A stretch of DNA of 62,948 nucleotides, counting the filler, from Reticulomyxa filosa (Eukaryota > Protista > Foraminifera): the NCBI GenBank assembly GCA_000512085.1. It is 21 parts of 21 records of this genome, joined end to end, with 100 filler letters (N's around TTAATTAATTAA, not from the genome) between each part and the next. Parts side by side here need not be neighbours in the genome. Positions count along the whole stretch, not along the records: positions 1 to 11,923 come from ASPP01024526.1; positions 12,024 to 14,194 come from ASPP01006982.1; 19 more parts are not named here. One strand, given 5' to 3'. The position numbers and the translations under genes are program-made. Shown piece after piece: positions 1-12,106 of the stretch. Below the pieces are notes generated by a model that saw only the letters and a program-made list of their open reading frames with translations, was not told the DNA's origin and searched no databases. Every line of letters starts with the position of its first letter. The stretch's first letter is position 1.

Positions 1-488
1 AACACTCGTATTTTCTTTGGAGGGTGGGTAATAAACAAGAGATCATTGTTCATTCCTCCAATAACTCCACGTACTCCCTCCAAATTGTCACTAAACTCCC
101 CAATTTGAGAGTCTACCACTAACGTCCATGAATTTAGTCCTGGCTCTGATTTATGGCTGTCGCTCCAAACACTTTTGTATCGCATTGAGAACGTTTTTTT
201 TATTTCATTTACACCTTGTCCACCAAAAGATAGCAAATGGATTTCGTTCGGATTACCACTTTGATGACTTAATTGCAAAACGCAATGGCCTTTTAAACTC
301 ACTCCATGTGGGTAAGAACAGATCAATAAGTATTGTTTTTTTTCAATGTGATACGAATAACACTCATTGTTATTTTCGCCTCCAAAAATAAGAATTTCGT
401 CTTTCAATAGCACACATTGAGTAGCCACAAAGTTTTTATTCAAATGTGGCAACTCTTGAAAGGCCTCCTGAAAGATGTTCATCAACAT
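1..488 (-). CDS. Kelch/beta-propeller family protein, 5' part (runs off window start); paralogue of 3272-4777
   Basis: Not in the ORF track because it has no stop in the window. Manual translation from ATG 488: MLMNIFQEAFQELPHLNKNFVATQCVLLKDEILIFGGENNNECYSYHIEKKQYLLICSYPHGVSLKGHCV...LLSFGGQG...MRYKSVW...IGEFSDNLEGVRGVIGGMNNDLLFITHPPKKIRV. Colinear with the N-half of ORF 3272-4777. Confidence 0.85.
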   Translation of the reverse strand, partial: MLMNIFQEAFQELPHLNKNFVATQCVLLKDEILIFGGENNNECYSYHIEKKQYLLICSYPHGVSLKGHCVLQLSHQSGNPNEIHLLSFGGQGVNEIKKTFSMRYKSVWSDSHKSEPGLNSWTLVVDSQIGEFSDNLEGVRGVIGGMNNDLLFITHPPKKIRV

Positions 489-1352
489 TACGCCCCGAAA
501 CAACAAAACTAAACAGGTTTTAAAGCTAGAAAGAAGAACTCTTGTTGTCCCTTCGAATTTATTCCACACTTGGCTGCAAACATATTTTTTTGAAAAAAAT
601 TTGTACGCTCAAAAAAAAGAAACAAAATACAAAGTATTTCCACATCGAAGTTTAAGAAAGGTTCAAGGGAACAGTTTTATCTCTTTTTTTTGTTGTATTT
701 TAAAACTCTTGACACTTGGACTGCAATGAAAGGGAGAGAATATCGCAGCAAGCATTCTTTAGCCTGCAAAAATTTTGGCTTAATACTTATTTGTTTGGGT
801 GAAAAAAGACGAACATGAAAAAATGTGGACAGAAAGTTTGAAACCTTCTGATAAACTTTTCTTTTTTTTTTCTTATTTATTTTTTTGCACACGCCGCAAT
901 ATCGGGAAAAGTTGTAAATTGTGTGCAATGTAAAGCTAAGTTTTTACTACTTAAATTAGTAAAAATTGTACAAACCGTTTTTCTAATTGATTCTTTTAGG
1001 GTGTTTTTTATTTAATGTAACTCTCAAAAGCAAAAACTAATTCAAAAGAAGAAATTTCGCAGCATTTTGGGTGTCTACTTTCGTTGCAAATATCCAAAAC
1101 GAAATGTTAAATTTTTAATGACGGTGTATTCTTAAAAAAAGCAAATTTCACAAAACAGAAAGCCAAAATTCAAAATTCTTTCAAATACTTGCTTTTAATA
1201 GAATGTTACAAAGTATAATTTATCCTCAACAGCAAAAGGGGGGATGTATTTTGAATTTGAGAATTTTTTGGTGTGCTTGTATTTGTTCTGGATTTGGGAT
1301 AGAATATCATAATTTTTTTTGCCCAATTGTCGTTTCATAGTTTTTATTGAAA

Positions 1353-2976
1353 ATGAGTCAGAGTGGAACTCAATATGACTCACAAGTTGTGTATTGAGAG
1401 GGCATTTTCTCACGTTCACTCAGCATACCCTTGGAAGAAAGGAGGGGGACAAAGTAAAATAAGGGTATCACAAAAGAGACAAACACAACAATAATAATAA
1501 CAACAAACAGTCGGAGCTTGCATTTGTGGACTATGGAAGAAACATTGGAGATAAGAATAATGCGAACAAAAAACTGGGCAACAATAACAACAAGAGCCAT
1601 GTACCAACCGGCAACTTGGATTCTCGGTCCATCCTTGAATCACCACGATTGCCAGCAGATGTAATGGCGCCATTGCCATCCATGCATCTCTCACCTCCCA
1701 ACGCCAATGACAAAGACAGCAAGAATGCCGGAAAGGCAGGTTCTGAATCCACTGCACAAAGTGACACCCGCTCAACCATTAAGAACGTTCGAATGGCTTA
1801 CAACAAAGATAAAGACAGAGACGACGACGAAGACGACATTGAACTGAAATTCAAATCTTTTACTCCAGTTTCACAAGTATAAGATCTTTTTTTTTCCCCT
1901 CTTCTCTTTTCTCCTTCTTCCAAAACAAACGCGATTATGCGAGTTTTTTTTAAATAAATTGATCACCCCCTTTTTTTTTTAAAAAAAAAAGGTAAAGGGA
2001 AGCAACGTGAATGTGAAAAGCAAAAAAACGATGGGGTCAAGCGAGATGGAAAGTACAGGCACAATGTCGTCATCATTGCCGATGACCGAATTGTCATTTG
2101 ACCACTCGTCGAGTCTGCAGCATAGTCTTGTGCACAGCCAAGTGAATGCACCGAACGTCGGCGACAATAAGAAGAAGATAAAGAAGGCATTGGCAAGTGT
2201 GTTCCAGCAGTCGGTCGAAGGCCATCGCGACGAAATGGAGATCCGAGCGGAGGAAGAGTTGAGTCGTGGCCAAAATGTGGAGCGATCCTCCAAACTGGCG
2301 CTGAAGGAAGATAAGGAAAGCATAGTGGAAGAAGATAGCAACGACACGCAGAACAATGAAGAAGAGAAAAAAAAAACAAGTGCACGAAAGCGAATCAAAA
2401 AAGAACGTTTGCACGATGCCCGCAGCGTCAGTGGCAGTCCAAGTCAAGGGCCATTGGAGTTGACGGACAACTTGGGAGGTGAACGAATCCGAGAGGATCA
2501 AAAACTGCAACAACATCATCGTCAACAACAACAACAAAAGAAAAGACAAGGAGGGACGGAAAAAATTAAGTCCAATGAGGAAACACTAAATAACAAAGAG
2601 AGTGCAATGGAGTCAGTGATGTCGCACGCCAAACACAAAGCGGGAAGTGGCGGCGGTGCCATGATGGAAACACAGGACACGCTGACCAGCACTCAGCCGA
2701 GTCAAATGGATGGCGAAAAAATTCAAATGGAAGAACCACAGAGCCAACAGGAAGACGACGCGGACGTAGACGCAGACGCGGAAGTGAGGGCTGCAGAGGT
2801 GGAAGATGATGCTCAAGAGGCAGCCGAAGAGGAGGAAGAGAAAGGCGACAAAGAGTACGACTTTCAAAACTTGCCCTATTATGCTTGCAGCTATTGTGGG
2901 ATTCATAATCCACAATGTGTTGTCAAGTGCGACATGTGCAACAAATGGTTTTGTAATTCCAGAGGCAAGACTTCAG
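1353..2976 (+). CDS. UPF1: UPF1 (regulator of nonsense transcripts 1), 5' exons only: 1353-1385, 1511-1876, 1992-~2976; remainder missing
   Basis: Two phase-0 GT-AG introns give [11 protein letters not shown]|SELAFVDY..., then a long low-complexity region, ending in [36 protein letters not shown], the start of the UPF1 CH zinc domain. No helicase exons follow in the contig. Confidence 0.85.
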
Positions 2977-3071
2977 GTGTGTCGAATGTGGGTGTATACA
3001 TTTATAACAAATATTTATGTATATACATATACATAAATACATATGTATATGTATTTATATGTATGTTTCTT

Positions 3072-3102
<31 letters not shown>

Positions 3103-3271
3103 GAGCATATAAAAAAAAAAATATATATATGAATATAGCAAAGGATTTAAATAACTGCAGGCTTTATCTATTTATTATTCATTTCACATACAATAAATTT
3201 GCGTTTATTAACACATACATATATATATACATATATATATATAAATATATATTGTATATATTGTACATATA

Positions 3272-4777
3272 TTATATCATGTGTGTTTGGATACAAACAT
3301 TGGCCCAACCATATTTGATGGTACAGCAAACAATAGGCAAGTCTTGATGAGTAAAGTTGCCTCCCCATTTGCTTGTGGATTTGAACCAGGCTAAAAACTG
3401 GTCTTGAGGCAACTTATTTAACTTGTCAAACAGGTCAGCTTTCTCACTTTCGGTTAATCTGCCCCACCAGTCGACGCAGGTTTTGATTACTTTGGATTTG
3501 TTGTCCATATCGCTTACATTGTTGTTATTAATACTTTTATTGTTATTGTCATCGTTTGTATTGGATAAAAGTGCACTGTCATTGAGTTGCGAAAGTGTAG
3601 TGGTAGTGGTGGTAGTGGTGGTGGTGGTGGTGATGGTGGTGGTGTGCTGTGGAGTGAGCCAGTCGGTAGCTCTGGTTCTCATATGATTAGAGACCATGAG
3701 TTGATCAGAGAAGCCACCGAAGATGTGAATGAACTTGTTGTGTATGTTGAGACACGCAGTGCTGCCATACAATCCAGCAGGCAAGGTGTGTTCAGACTTG
3801 GCCCACGTGTTGTGTTTGATCGAATACACATGCACGACATTGACGCAACGTAACAGCGCGTCCATCCCGCCAAAGAACAAGACTGCATCGTCTATACACA
3901 CAAATGAACACCGACTCAGCGTGGAGAAGCTGTCGGGAACATTCAACGTGCGATATTCAAACGCGGCTTTGGCTCGGTTGAATCGAATCAATAATCCGTT
4001 GTGTCGACAAAAGAAGAGCATTTCGTATACGTCATTGCCACGACTTTGACTTTGACTTTGACTTTGACTTTGGTTGGGACTACTTAATGTTCGTGCTCGT
4101 TTGAGAGGAGGGGGAATATTTCCTGTTGTTGTTGTCACGTAAGGAAATGATATGGGAATTAGACAATGAAATGCAACCTCCACTTTGATGCCTGTCATTG
4201 GCAACTGTTCTTTGCAAAGTTGCGTCAGTGGTCGCAATGTGTCGGCGTCATACACGACGATGCGATTGGGACGGTATGTCACAAACAGCAATTCATCCGT
4301 GCCGTTGCTGACCACTGCTGCTCGCATGCCTCGCATGTCGTCTTGGAACTCTCCGATTGTTCTTTGAATTGTGTCACATACAAACGGTCGCCATTCATTC
4401 GCTGTGACCTTGTGCTGCGATTGCTTGTGCCAGTCGTTGTTACCTTCGTCCCATACGCTTACGTATCTCATCATCAGTGTCGTCTTGCGCTCGTTCGGAC
4501 CCTGTCCGCCAAACGAATATAATATTATCTCATTTGAATTGTACGGGTTCTCGCGCTTCACTACACAGTGTCCGTTCAACGCTATGTCCGTTGAGTATGT
4601 GCAGATTCGCTTGTACTGATCTTTCAGTATGTGATACGAGTAACACTCGTTCGCCTTGAAATGCCCTCCAAAAAATAACAGTTCATTTCTATACAACACA
4701 CACGGGCTATTTTCTACCAATATGGGCAACCTTTGCAACGGATGGAAGAGTTCCACTTTCTTCGTTTGGTTACTCAT
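3272..4777 (-). CDS. Kelch-repeat beta-propeller protein with QS/poly-T/poly-N linkers and a small C-terminal helical domain
   Basis: Single-exon 501-aa ORF with repeated hydrophobic-FGG motifs (LLFFGG, LYSFGG, VLFFGG, IHIFGG) and downstream Y/W residues typical of kelch blades. Confidence 0.85.
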   Translation of the reverse strand: MSNQTKKVELFHPLQRLPILVENSPCVLYRNELLFFGGHFKANECYSYHILKDQYKRICTYSTDIALNGHCVVKRENPYNSNEIILYSFGGQGPNERKTTLMMRYVSVWDEGNNDWHKQSQHKVTANEWRPFVCDTIQRTIGEFQDDMRGMRAAVVSNGTDELLFVTYRPNRIVVYDADTLRPLTQLCKEQLPMTGIKVEVAFHCLIPISFPYVTTTTGNIPPPLKRARTLSSPNQSQSQSQSQSRGNDVYEMLFFCRHNGLLIRFNRAKAAFEYRTLNVPDSFSTLSRCSFVCIDDAVLFFGGMDALLRCVNVVHVYSIKHNTWAKSEHTLPAGLYGSTACLNIHNKFIHIFGGFSDQLMVSNHMRTRATDWLTPQHTTTITTTTTTTTTTTTLSQLNDSALLSNTNDDNNNKSINNNNVSDMDNKSKVIKTCVDWWGRLTESEKADLFDKLNKLPQDQFLAWFKSTSKWGGNFTHQDLPIVCCTIKYGWANVCIQTHMI

Positions 4778-5291
4778 TTTAGTTTTAGTTGTATGAGGGC
4801 CGAGAAAACGAGTTTTTTTTCTTCCTATCCCAACAATACAACGTTGTTAAAAAAGCTTTCTTGGACTAGTCAAGTACAAGATGCTGACTATCATTGCTAT
4901 CATTGATTTGCGTCTTTTTAATAACTGTAATGTTGTCCTACACCTTGGTGATGTGAAATGTGTAGTCGAAATGGTGGAAGCAGGGACAGTTGAATGCGCA
5001 CAGTGTTTAAATTTTGAAATGTCAAATAATTAAAAAAAATAAGTAATCATCCCAACAGATGGAAATTTTTTTAAAAGGGGATAGAGAGGGGGGGGGGGAA
5101 GAGAGAATTTAATATTTAACCCTACAAAAGAAAAAAAATGGAAAAGGAAAAAAAAAAAATGGAGAAATAATCACAATGACAAATTGAGGCGACAACGAAC
5201 AATCGTCATCATGAAAAAACCCCCCTTTTTGAGTCGCAAAGTAGGAATTGATGCTTCCATTGTTGATGTGATTAATGGGTGTGGGAAATAA

Positions 5292-8200
5292 TTAAGACAC
5301 AGTAATTTGAGAAAATTTAGAGGCAATGTCTTGAACACCGCTTGGGCTAAATCCGTAATATACTGACATGACAATCGGAAGTACTGTTTGACCTCATCGA
5401 CTTTGTCCGGTTCTTCGGCGTCATTACAATCATTTAAGAGGTCTTTGATCACGCCAATGAGCTGGCTTACTTTCGGCAATTCAACCTAAAGTAAAAATAA
5501 AAATATATATTTCTAAAAAATCGATCGAAGAAAGAGAAAAGCAAACAGGTGTAGATACATAAATAAACAAAGTGAACAAATGGAAATATCATCGTAACAT
5601 CAGGGCATTGCTTCATAATTAAATACACATATTTATTCAACAATTCCACAAACATTTCAATCTTTTCGACTCCGTCCATCATTGAATTGATCTTTTGCCC
5701 AGATTTTTTCAAACACTTGGTTGCGACGTCTGCTTGCTTGAATTCCGTCTATTCAATGTCCACACCCGTTTGTACACATGCAAAAGGTATTATGAAATGG
5801 TTATCATAACAATAAAAAAAATACACATAATATGTAAATATTTTATATGCAAAAAAAAATTAAAAAATGGAGTATACGCAACATCCCAATAAAGGTGTGC
5901 ACAAAGCGCGAGAGTGCGTGCACAATGAGGTTTTTTCAATAAGCGCTGAGCATGTTGGACACATTTGCTACGCAACGTGTCAAAGTTGTCTTGTTCCAAG
6001 TTTTTGACTGATTGCAAACCACTGATGAAACATCGCAAAGCCTCATATTGCTCATTGCTGTCCGATACATATTCTTCGTAGCAGAGGAAGGCTTGCGAAA
6101 AGAATTCGTAACTGATTTCGGAGAGTGCACAACGCTCTGCAGCCAAAGCGGCTTGCAGCCATATGCGACAACCCAACTCGGGACAATGGGTTCCGTAAAT
6201 GTGGCATATTTTATGCACAAATTGGAACATTTTCTTGGGTTTCATTGTGATGGCGTTGCTGCGCTCCTCCGATGACAGCAGTCCGTGAGTGCGTGCGATC
6301 AGACTTAGGCAATTGAACACCAAAGGAGGGAAGGTGTATACCAGTCGACGATCGCCTCCTTGACCAAAATACTTTCTGGCCAAATGCAACGTCTTTTTTA
6401 AAAAATAAAACAATTTGTCAAAATATAAATGTATAAAAATATATATAAATATAAATATGTACATATATATATGTATATATGTATGCATATGTATATAATA
6501 ATGCCTGATAATGGGTATCCGTGTCTTCATTGTAAATGAGCTGAATCAATTTGGCCATCAAGTTTTGTTCGTTTTCAAAGGTTTCGTCATCACTACTCTT
6601 GGTCTCTTCTCTTCCGGCGGTATGCTGCTCATGAATAGACTCGCAAGATGAGTCGCCTCCGTCGTCGCGTTCCGAGTCGGCCTTCTTCTTGGACTTGTCC
6701 TTTTTCTTTGGAGCATCGTCTTTGTCTTGGCCTTGCTCGTCGTCATCTCCCGACTTTTTAACATTGCCCCCTTTTTCCGTATCCTTATCCTTGTCTTTGT
6801 CCAATCCCGCCGTGTCATGTTTTTTGGACTTGTCTTGGTCGGGGTCGCACCAGAGAGGTTCGATCATGCCAAACACGAGTTCGACCTGTTCGGGGGTGCG
6901 CAAATAGACGTTATCCAATTGGACCAACGACCCCACCATGTCGGCGCTGACCTGTCGTTTCTGAGCAAAGTCTAAAAATGAGATCAGGTCTCGATACTCC
7001 TTCACCTCAAACACTCGCAATTGCATGGACTTCAAAGGGGCCAACAGCATACGCGAGAGATGGGCGACGGAGGAGGCCGGCACTTGGTTGTTGTTTTTCT
7101 GAATGGTATGCAACGACTCCTTGATCATGGACACCACGTAATCGTCCTTGCCGGGATAGCATTGAGCTGCAAAGTTGACCAGTTCCACATAGAGGCCCAA
7201 TGTATCGTCAATGGTCAATTTCGTATGTTTTTGAATAATCTCTTTCACTTGCTGTTCAAATGTCTCAAATACATTCTTATCTTGAAATGATTGCCGATGA
7301 TCCGCGCCTTGCTCCGCGTACTTGGCCAGCCTGTTCATCAGCTTAATCACAATCTGATTCACCGCCACGCTGCTATGCAACTTATTCACTGCCGACAAAA
7401 ACGACTCCAATGTCGCCAAGTGGTATTCATCTCCAAACACCATTATTATGCATTCCATCAAATAGTCCTGCGCGATTTTGTCTTTTGACTTCACAATGTT
7501 CTCCAACAAGTTCTTCAACACGTAGTCTTGATACACTGCCTTGCTTATGCAGTTCAACTCACTCAATCGTCGCAAGTTCGTTCCCACAAGCATTCGCAAT
7601 TGCAAACGCTCTTTTTCGCGTCGAACGCGGTCTCGCACCGCTCCTTGATGTTGCATTCTCACCCACAGTCTTGTCATCTCCGCAAAGTTCTTTAATACAA
7701 AGTCCACTGATTGTTTGATGAATGGATGATCATCCAATGACCCTCTTTTTTATTTCACAAATACACATCATCATTATTATTATGGTTATAAAAGTTCAAA
7801 ACATTCTTCTACTGTCCCAACCCCCTTTTTTTTTTTTTTTTAATAAAAAGGGGAAGGGGAGGAGAAGGGGAAAAAAAAAAAAAAAAAGGTATACGTATTT
7901 TTTTTTGTCATTACACCAAAACGCCATCAGGGACATCTGGTAATGCGGATCGACACACTTGTGATAAGTAATTACGCAAAAACAAACCGCGAGTAGGGTG
8001 TTGGACACCTTTGGACAATTCCACCACATCGAATATAGTTTTCATAGTATCTTCATGCCATTCTTTGTACGCTTTCAATTTGACGCTTGCCACTGTTATT
8101 AACAAGTACAATCGTGGAACAATGTTCCCACAAAATTGCACGCGGTTATACAATTCCGTCAACCACTCCAATGCTGTTGCCTCATTCGCTTTCTGTTTCT

Positions 8201-8724
8201 CTCGAAATTTGTCCATCACGTGCGTTTCCAAATGTGCCAACTCTGAGGTTACCATCATCTTTTTTTTTTTTTTGCACATACAAACAAAACATTGACACAA
8301 AAATAAATTATTATTATTATTTTCAATCACTTGTCTACTTTAGTTAAAAAAAAAAAAAGGGGTAAAGACAAAGAAAAAAATAAAGGGAAAAAAAGATTGA
8401 GTTCAATCAATTTAATAATTAAAAAAAAAAAGAGGAAAAAGTGCTCAACAAAAGTTCGTAATAACGCGTTGGTAACAACTTCGATGTTCTTAGCTCACCG
8501 ATCATCGTATATGCATGTTTAATTGCATCGTGTAGTCGATCTTTGTCCAGTTCCTCTTGCATGTAAAACGCATTTCGCCGAACATTTTCTGTTGCGTCTT
8601 TCTGTGGGTGCGGTGCGAATTATTTTTTTTTATTAGTTATCAATGGATTTTGTTGTTTTCTTTTTTTTACACATTACAAAACGAAGTATCTCTCTTGCTC
8701 TTCCGGATTATTGGTATCGACCAT
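5292..8724 (-). CDS. VPS35: Retromer subunit VPS35 (multi-exon)
   Basis: Exon 1 8724-8683 MVDTNNPEEQERYF; exon 2 8601-~8450 ...AIKHAYTMIGELRTSKLLPTRYYEL; then GNIVPRLYLLITV, GVQHPTRGLFLRNYL, NFAEMTRLWVRMQHQG, RERLQLRMLVGTNL-like, AQDYLMECII, YEFFSQAF, LLKKPH. The end at 5292 assumes a 1-nt frameshift near 5342. Confidence 0.95.
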
Positions 8725-11429
8725 CCCGCTTTGTGCTTGTTTTCTGTTTTTTACCTTATATCAACGCCCCTTCAAAAACCAGGTTTGAACTTGAACGCTC
8801 AAAGAAAACGGCTGATGGTCTCAACGTTAATGGCGACACTGGTGTACTAAAAGGCGGTTGTTAATTGTAAAAATTAGATCGTATCTAAGCAACTTCAATG
8901 TAAAATGTTTCATCGTTTCACTAGGTACATCACTGTCTCGTCTGTCAATGTTGCACAAACAGTCATTTTGTACCACTATTGGAAGAAATCTTTTGAAGGC
9001 TCTACGAGTATATAAGTCTACAAAAAAATTTGAAAAATAATGTACGTTGCGCGTTCTTCACTACAGAAACGTAGAGCCCTGTTTTCTAAGAAATTTTCAA
9101 CTATCATCTTTTTTAAATATAAATTGGATCAGTGGAAAACATGTCGAAGGTCGAAGGTGTACTGCTGGTTTTGACGAAAACCAAAAACAAAGAAGTATGG
9201 ATTGGAGAACAAATTATTGTCACAAAAAACACAACCGAGGCTTGACTGACAAGGCAAACAAAAAGATCCGTTCATAGTGCTACCTTTGAATATGTCGAGA
9301 AACAAATGGCAATGAACAAAAAAATCATAGTACCTTTTGTAGAGCTGACAGTTAATTAATTTTCCTCTAAATTGTGTTGCAAATTATGCAACAAGGATTT
9401 TTTCCAGTCTATTTAAAAAGGGTACATAACTTGATTGAACAAATACAGATCAATGAACTTATGCATACATTTTGGAGGATAGCATAAGAACAAAGGGTGA
9501 CATTATTGAATTAAATTATTCATAATTTAACTGTAAAGTTATCATCATCTCAATTAAGTTACGCAAATTTAAAATTGGTTTAAGGAAATGATAAATAATT
9601 GATATTAAACATTATTGGATGAATAGTTGTTATTTGTTGGATTATTTATTTTTAAAAAATGGGAAAAAGATGAACATTAGGGGGGCGTTCCAAAATTGGC
9701 ACGCCGTTAAAAATTTCCCGCCGTCCCAGCTTTTAGGGCCAAGGGACGTAAGGAGGGCTATTGGTTTTAGTTTTCAATTAGCAATCATCCGCCATCAGTT
9801 TTTCAACTTCACGCAGTCGGATATTGCACCTGCCCAAGGATAGAGAAAAATGAACTTGTGTATACACAACGGAGATATCCAAATCTCGTTTGTAATGTAG
9901 TCATTCTTCACATTCTTAAAATCTTTGCACTTATCTCACAAATTTTTTTATTCTTATACCAATTTCAAACATTCTGTTATCATTTTATAATAATTGTCAA
10001 CATCTTTATTGTTTTTTCACATTTGTGTTTTCTGTAATATGTAGCGGTTGAGTCTCCTAAAAGTTTCCTTCAATTTCGCTTTAATGCGAAAGGGGATTAT
10101 CAATTGAATTTTATCTTTTTTGTGTCGTACATGAAGAATCGGATTACAAAAAGATTAAATTTTCTTGAAATGAGTGAGGTTATTTTAACGCAAGATTTTC
10201 GACATAAGATTCTTTTTTTCAAACAAAGCGAAATACGTTCTCACGGAACTTTTTGTTTAAAAATGGAATGGGCTATTTTTGATCAAAAACACAAAAGATA
10301 ACGTAGATGAATACGGCATACTTGTTCATTACTTTTTTTCCCTCTCAAAAAACGCGGTTTGAAATACAAAATATGTAAGCCTTTAGAAAAACACAATGTC
10401 AAGACGATTATACATCGATAAGTATTCTTGTTGAATACATTTGCTAACAATTATATCATCATTTTAGTTCGAAAAGTAAGATCCTAATGTACAATAGGAG
10501 AATTAAAGTTTGCTTTACTATTGGGTCTCATATATTTGTTAATTCAATTTTTGTTAATAGTATCGAAATTGGTTGTCATCAATCTCTTTTTTTTCTCTTG
10601 AGATTATCTCAGATGATGCAAGATGAAAATATTTTTTACTAAGATTATGAAGAAATCTATTTAAAAAAAACTCTCAATTAATTATATTACTTACATTGTA
10701 TCTACAATTGGATTATACCATTTTCCGATTTATTAAAACATTTCATATATTTTCATCATTTTGTTTTTTGTGAAATAACGAAACAAACATTTGACTGCGC
10801 TTACGTAAAGTCAAAACTTATTGATAAAAAAATTAAAAAAAGTGTAACTCAAGTGCTTGTTTTTGAATATAGAATATTATTATATATAATTGAATTTCTT
10901 CATAATATATCCATTTTTGAGTTGATTTAGTATAATTCCAGATTATTATTACATCTCAATATGAAACAAATACAATAAATTATACAAATGTAACAATTTT
11001 TTTTCAAAATATTTATTCAAATTATTATGATGCAAAATGGATTGTGTAAAAAGTGTTTTATATATTTTGCCAACAGCAATAAAAAAAAAATTATTGTTTT
11101 AAGAATAAATATAAAATGTGTTTTAAAAAAAAATTTAAATTATGACATGCTTTTCATTTTGCATTAAATTCATCCATTTAAAATATAAGTATAAATAAAT
11201 ATGCATATGCTCAAAAACAAGCACAAGACAAACACTTTTTTTTTCCGAGCTGGTTGAACAAATATGTCTCCGTAAAAAGATTACAGATTGTTTACTGGAA
11301 ACAGATCGCAAGAATCAAAAGTTAAATTTGGAATTTAGCAAAGTTGTTTTGTCCAGAAGTAAACAAGACGACTTTAATAAAGTCAAAAGGGGGAGAAGAT
11401 AGGGAGAAAAAGATCATTGAAAAGAAGCA

Positions 11430-11890
11430 AATGAATAGTTGGAGAAATTGGGGACCAGCTCGCCGTTTTGGGTTGTCAATTGGCAGACCTCGTTGGTTGA
11501 ATAGTTAATTTGATATTGCTTTTATCAATATTTTTTTTAAGCAAAGAGTGAGGAGAAAGCACTTAATTTGGCTTTCTTTTTTTTTTTTTGTTTTAAAAAA
11601 AGCACTACCGTGTCTACAGTCAAGCGGAAATGTGACAAGCAAGCGTAATATGGCAGCAAGCCGACACACAGCCAAAAAGGCATTATTGCAATATGGGCGT
11701 TACCACCACAACTTAGGCACGTCATGGCTAGCAATGAATAGAAATAGTATTCGAATAGCATCAACGCTGCCAACAAAGCCAGGCAAATATGCACTACACA
11801 ACAATGGACTCTATCGTCTAAGCAAATGCAGTTTTTCAGACGCCCAAGTTTTGTATTATGTCTTTTAGTGTCCAGGGTTAATTGCGCGAA
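11430..11890 (-). CDS. Hypothetical membrane protein, 3' exons (partial)
   Basis: Hydrophobic, Cys-rich ORF 11537-11794 flanked by homopolymer intron-like sequence; no family recognised. Confidence 0.35.
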
Positions 11891-11923
11891 TATTTCTTCG
11901 AAATCGATCCTTTTTTTTTTTTT

Positions 11924-12023
11924 NNNNNNNNNNNNNNNNNNNNNNNNNNNNNNNNNNNNNNNNNNNNTTAATTAATTAANNNNNNNNNNNNNNNNNNNNN
12001 NNNNNNNNNNNNNNNNNNNNNNN
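11924..12023. other. Artificial contig spacer N44-TTAATTAATTAA-N44 (first of 20)
   Basis: Identical 100-nt spacers start at 11924, 14195, 15965, 18001, 23477, 26536, 27759, 28998, 35092, 37189, 38296, 45986, 50519, 51841, 53780, 55376, 57199, 58370, 60010 and 61517. The core gives stops in all six frames. Confidence 0.99.
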
Positions 12024-12106
12024 GTATATAAGTGTATGTATATACGTGTACGTATATTGTAAATTTTTTTTTTTTTTTTTTTTTAAATTTTAAAAAAATA
12101 CAAAAG

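Noticed and set aside
1531-7718. Numerous short ORFs antisense to or overlapping UPF1, the kelch gene and VPS35
   Set aside because: Shadows of real coding exons with no independent motifs.
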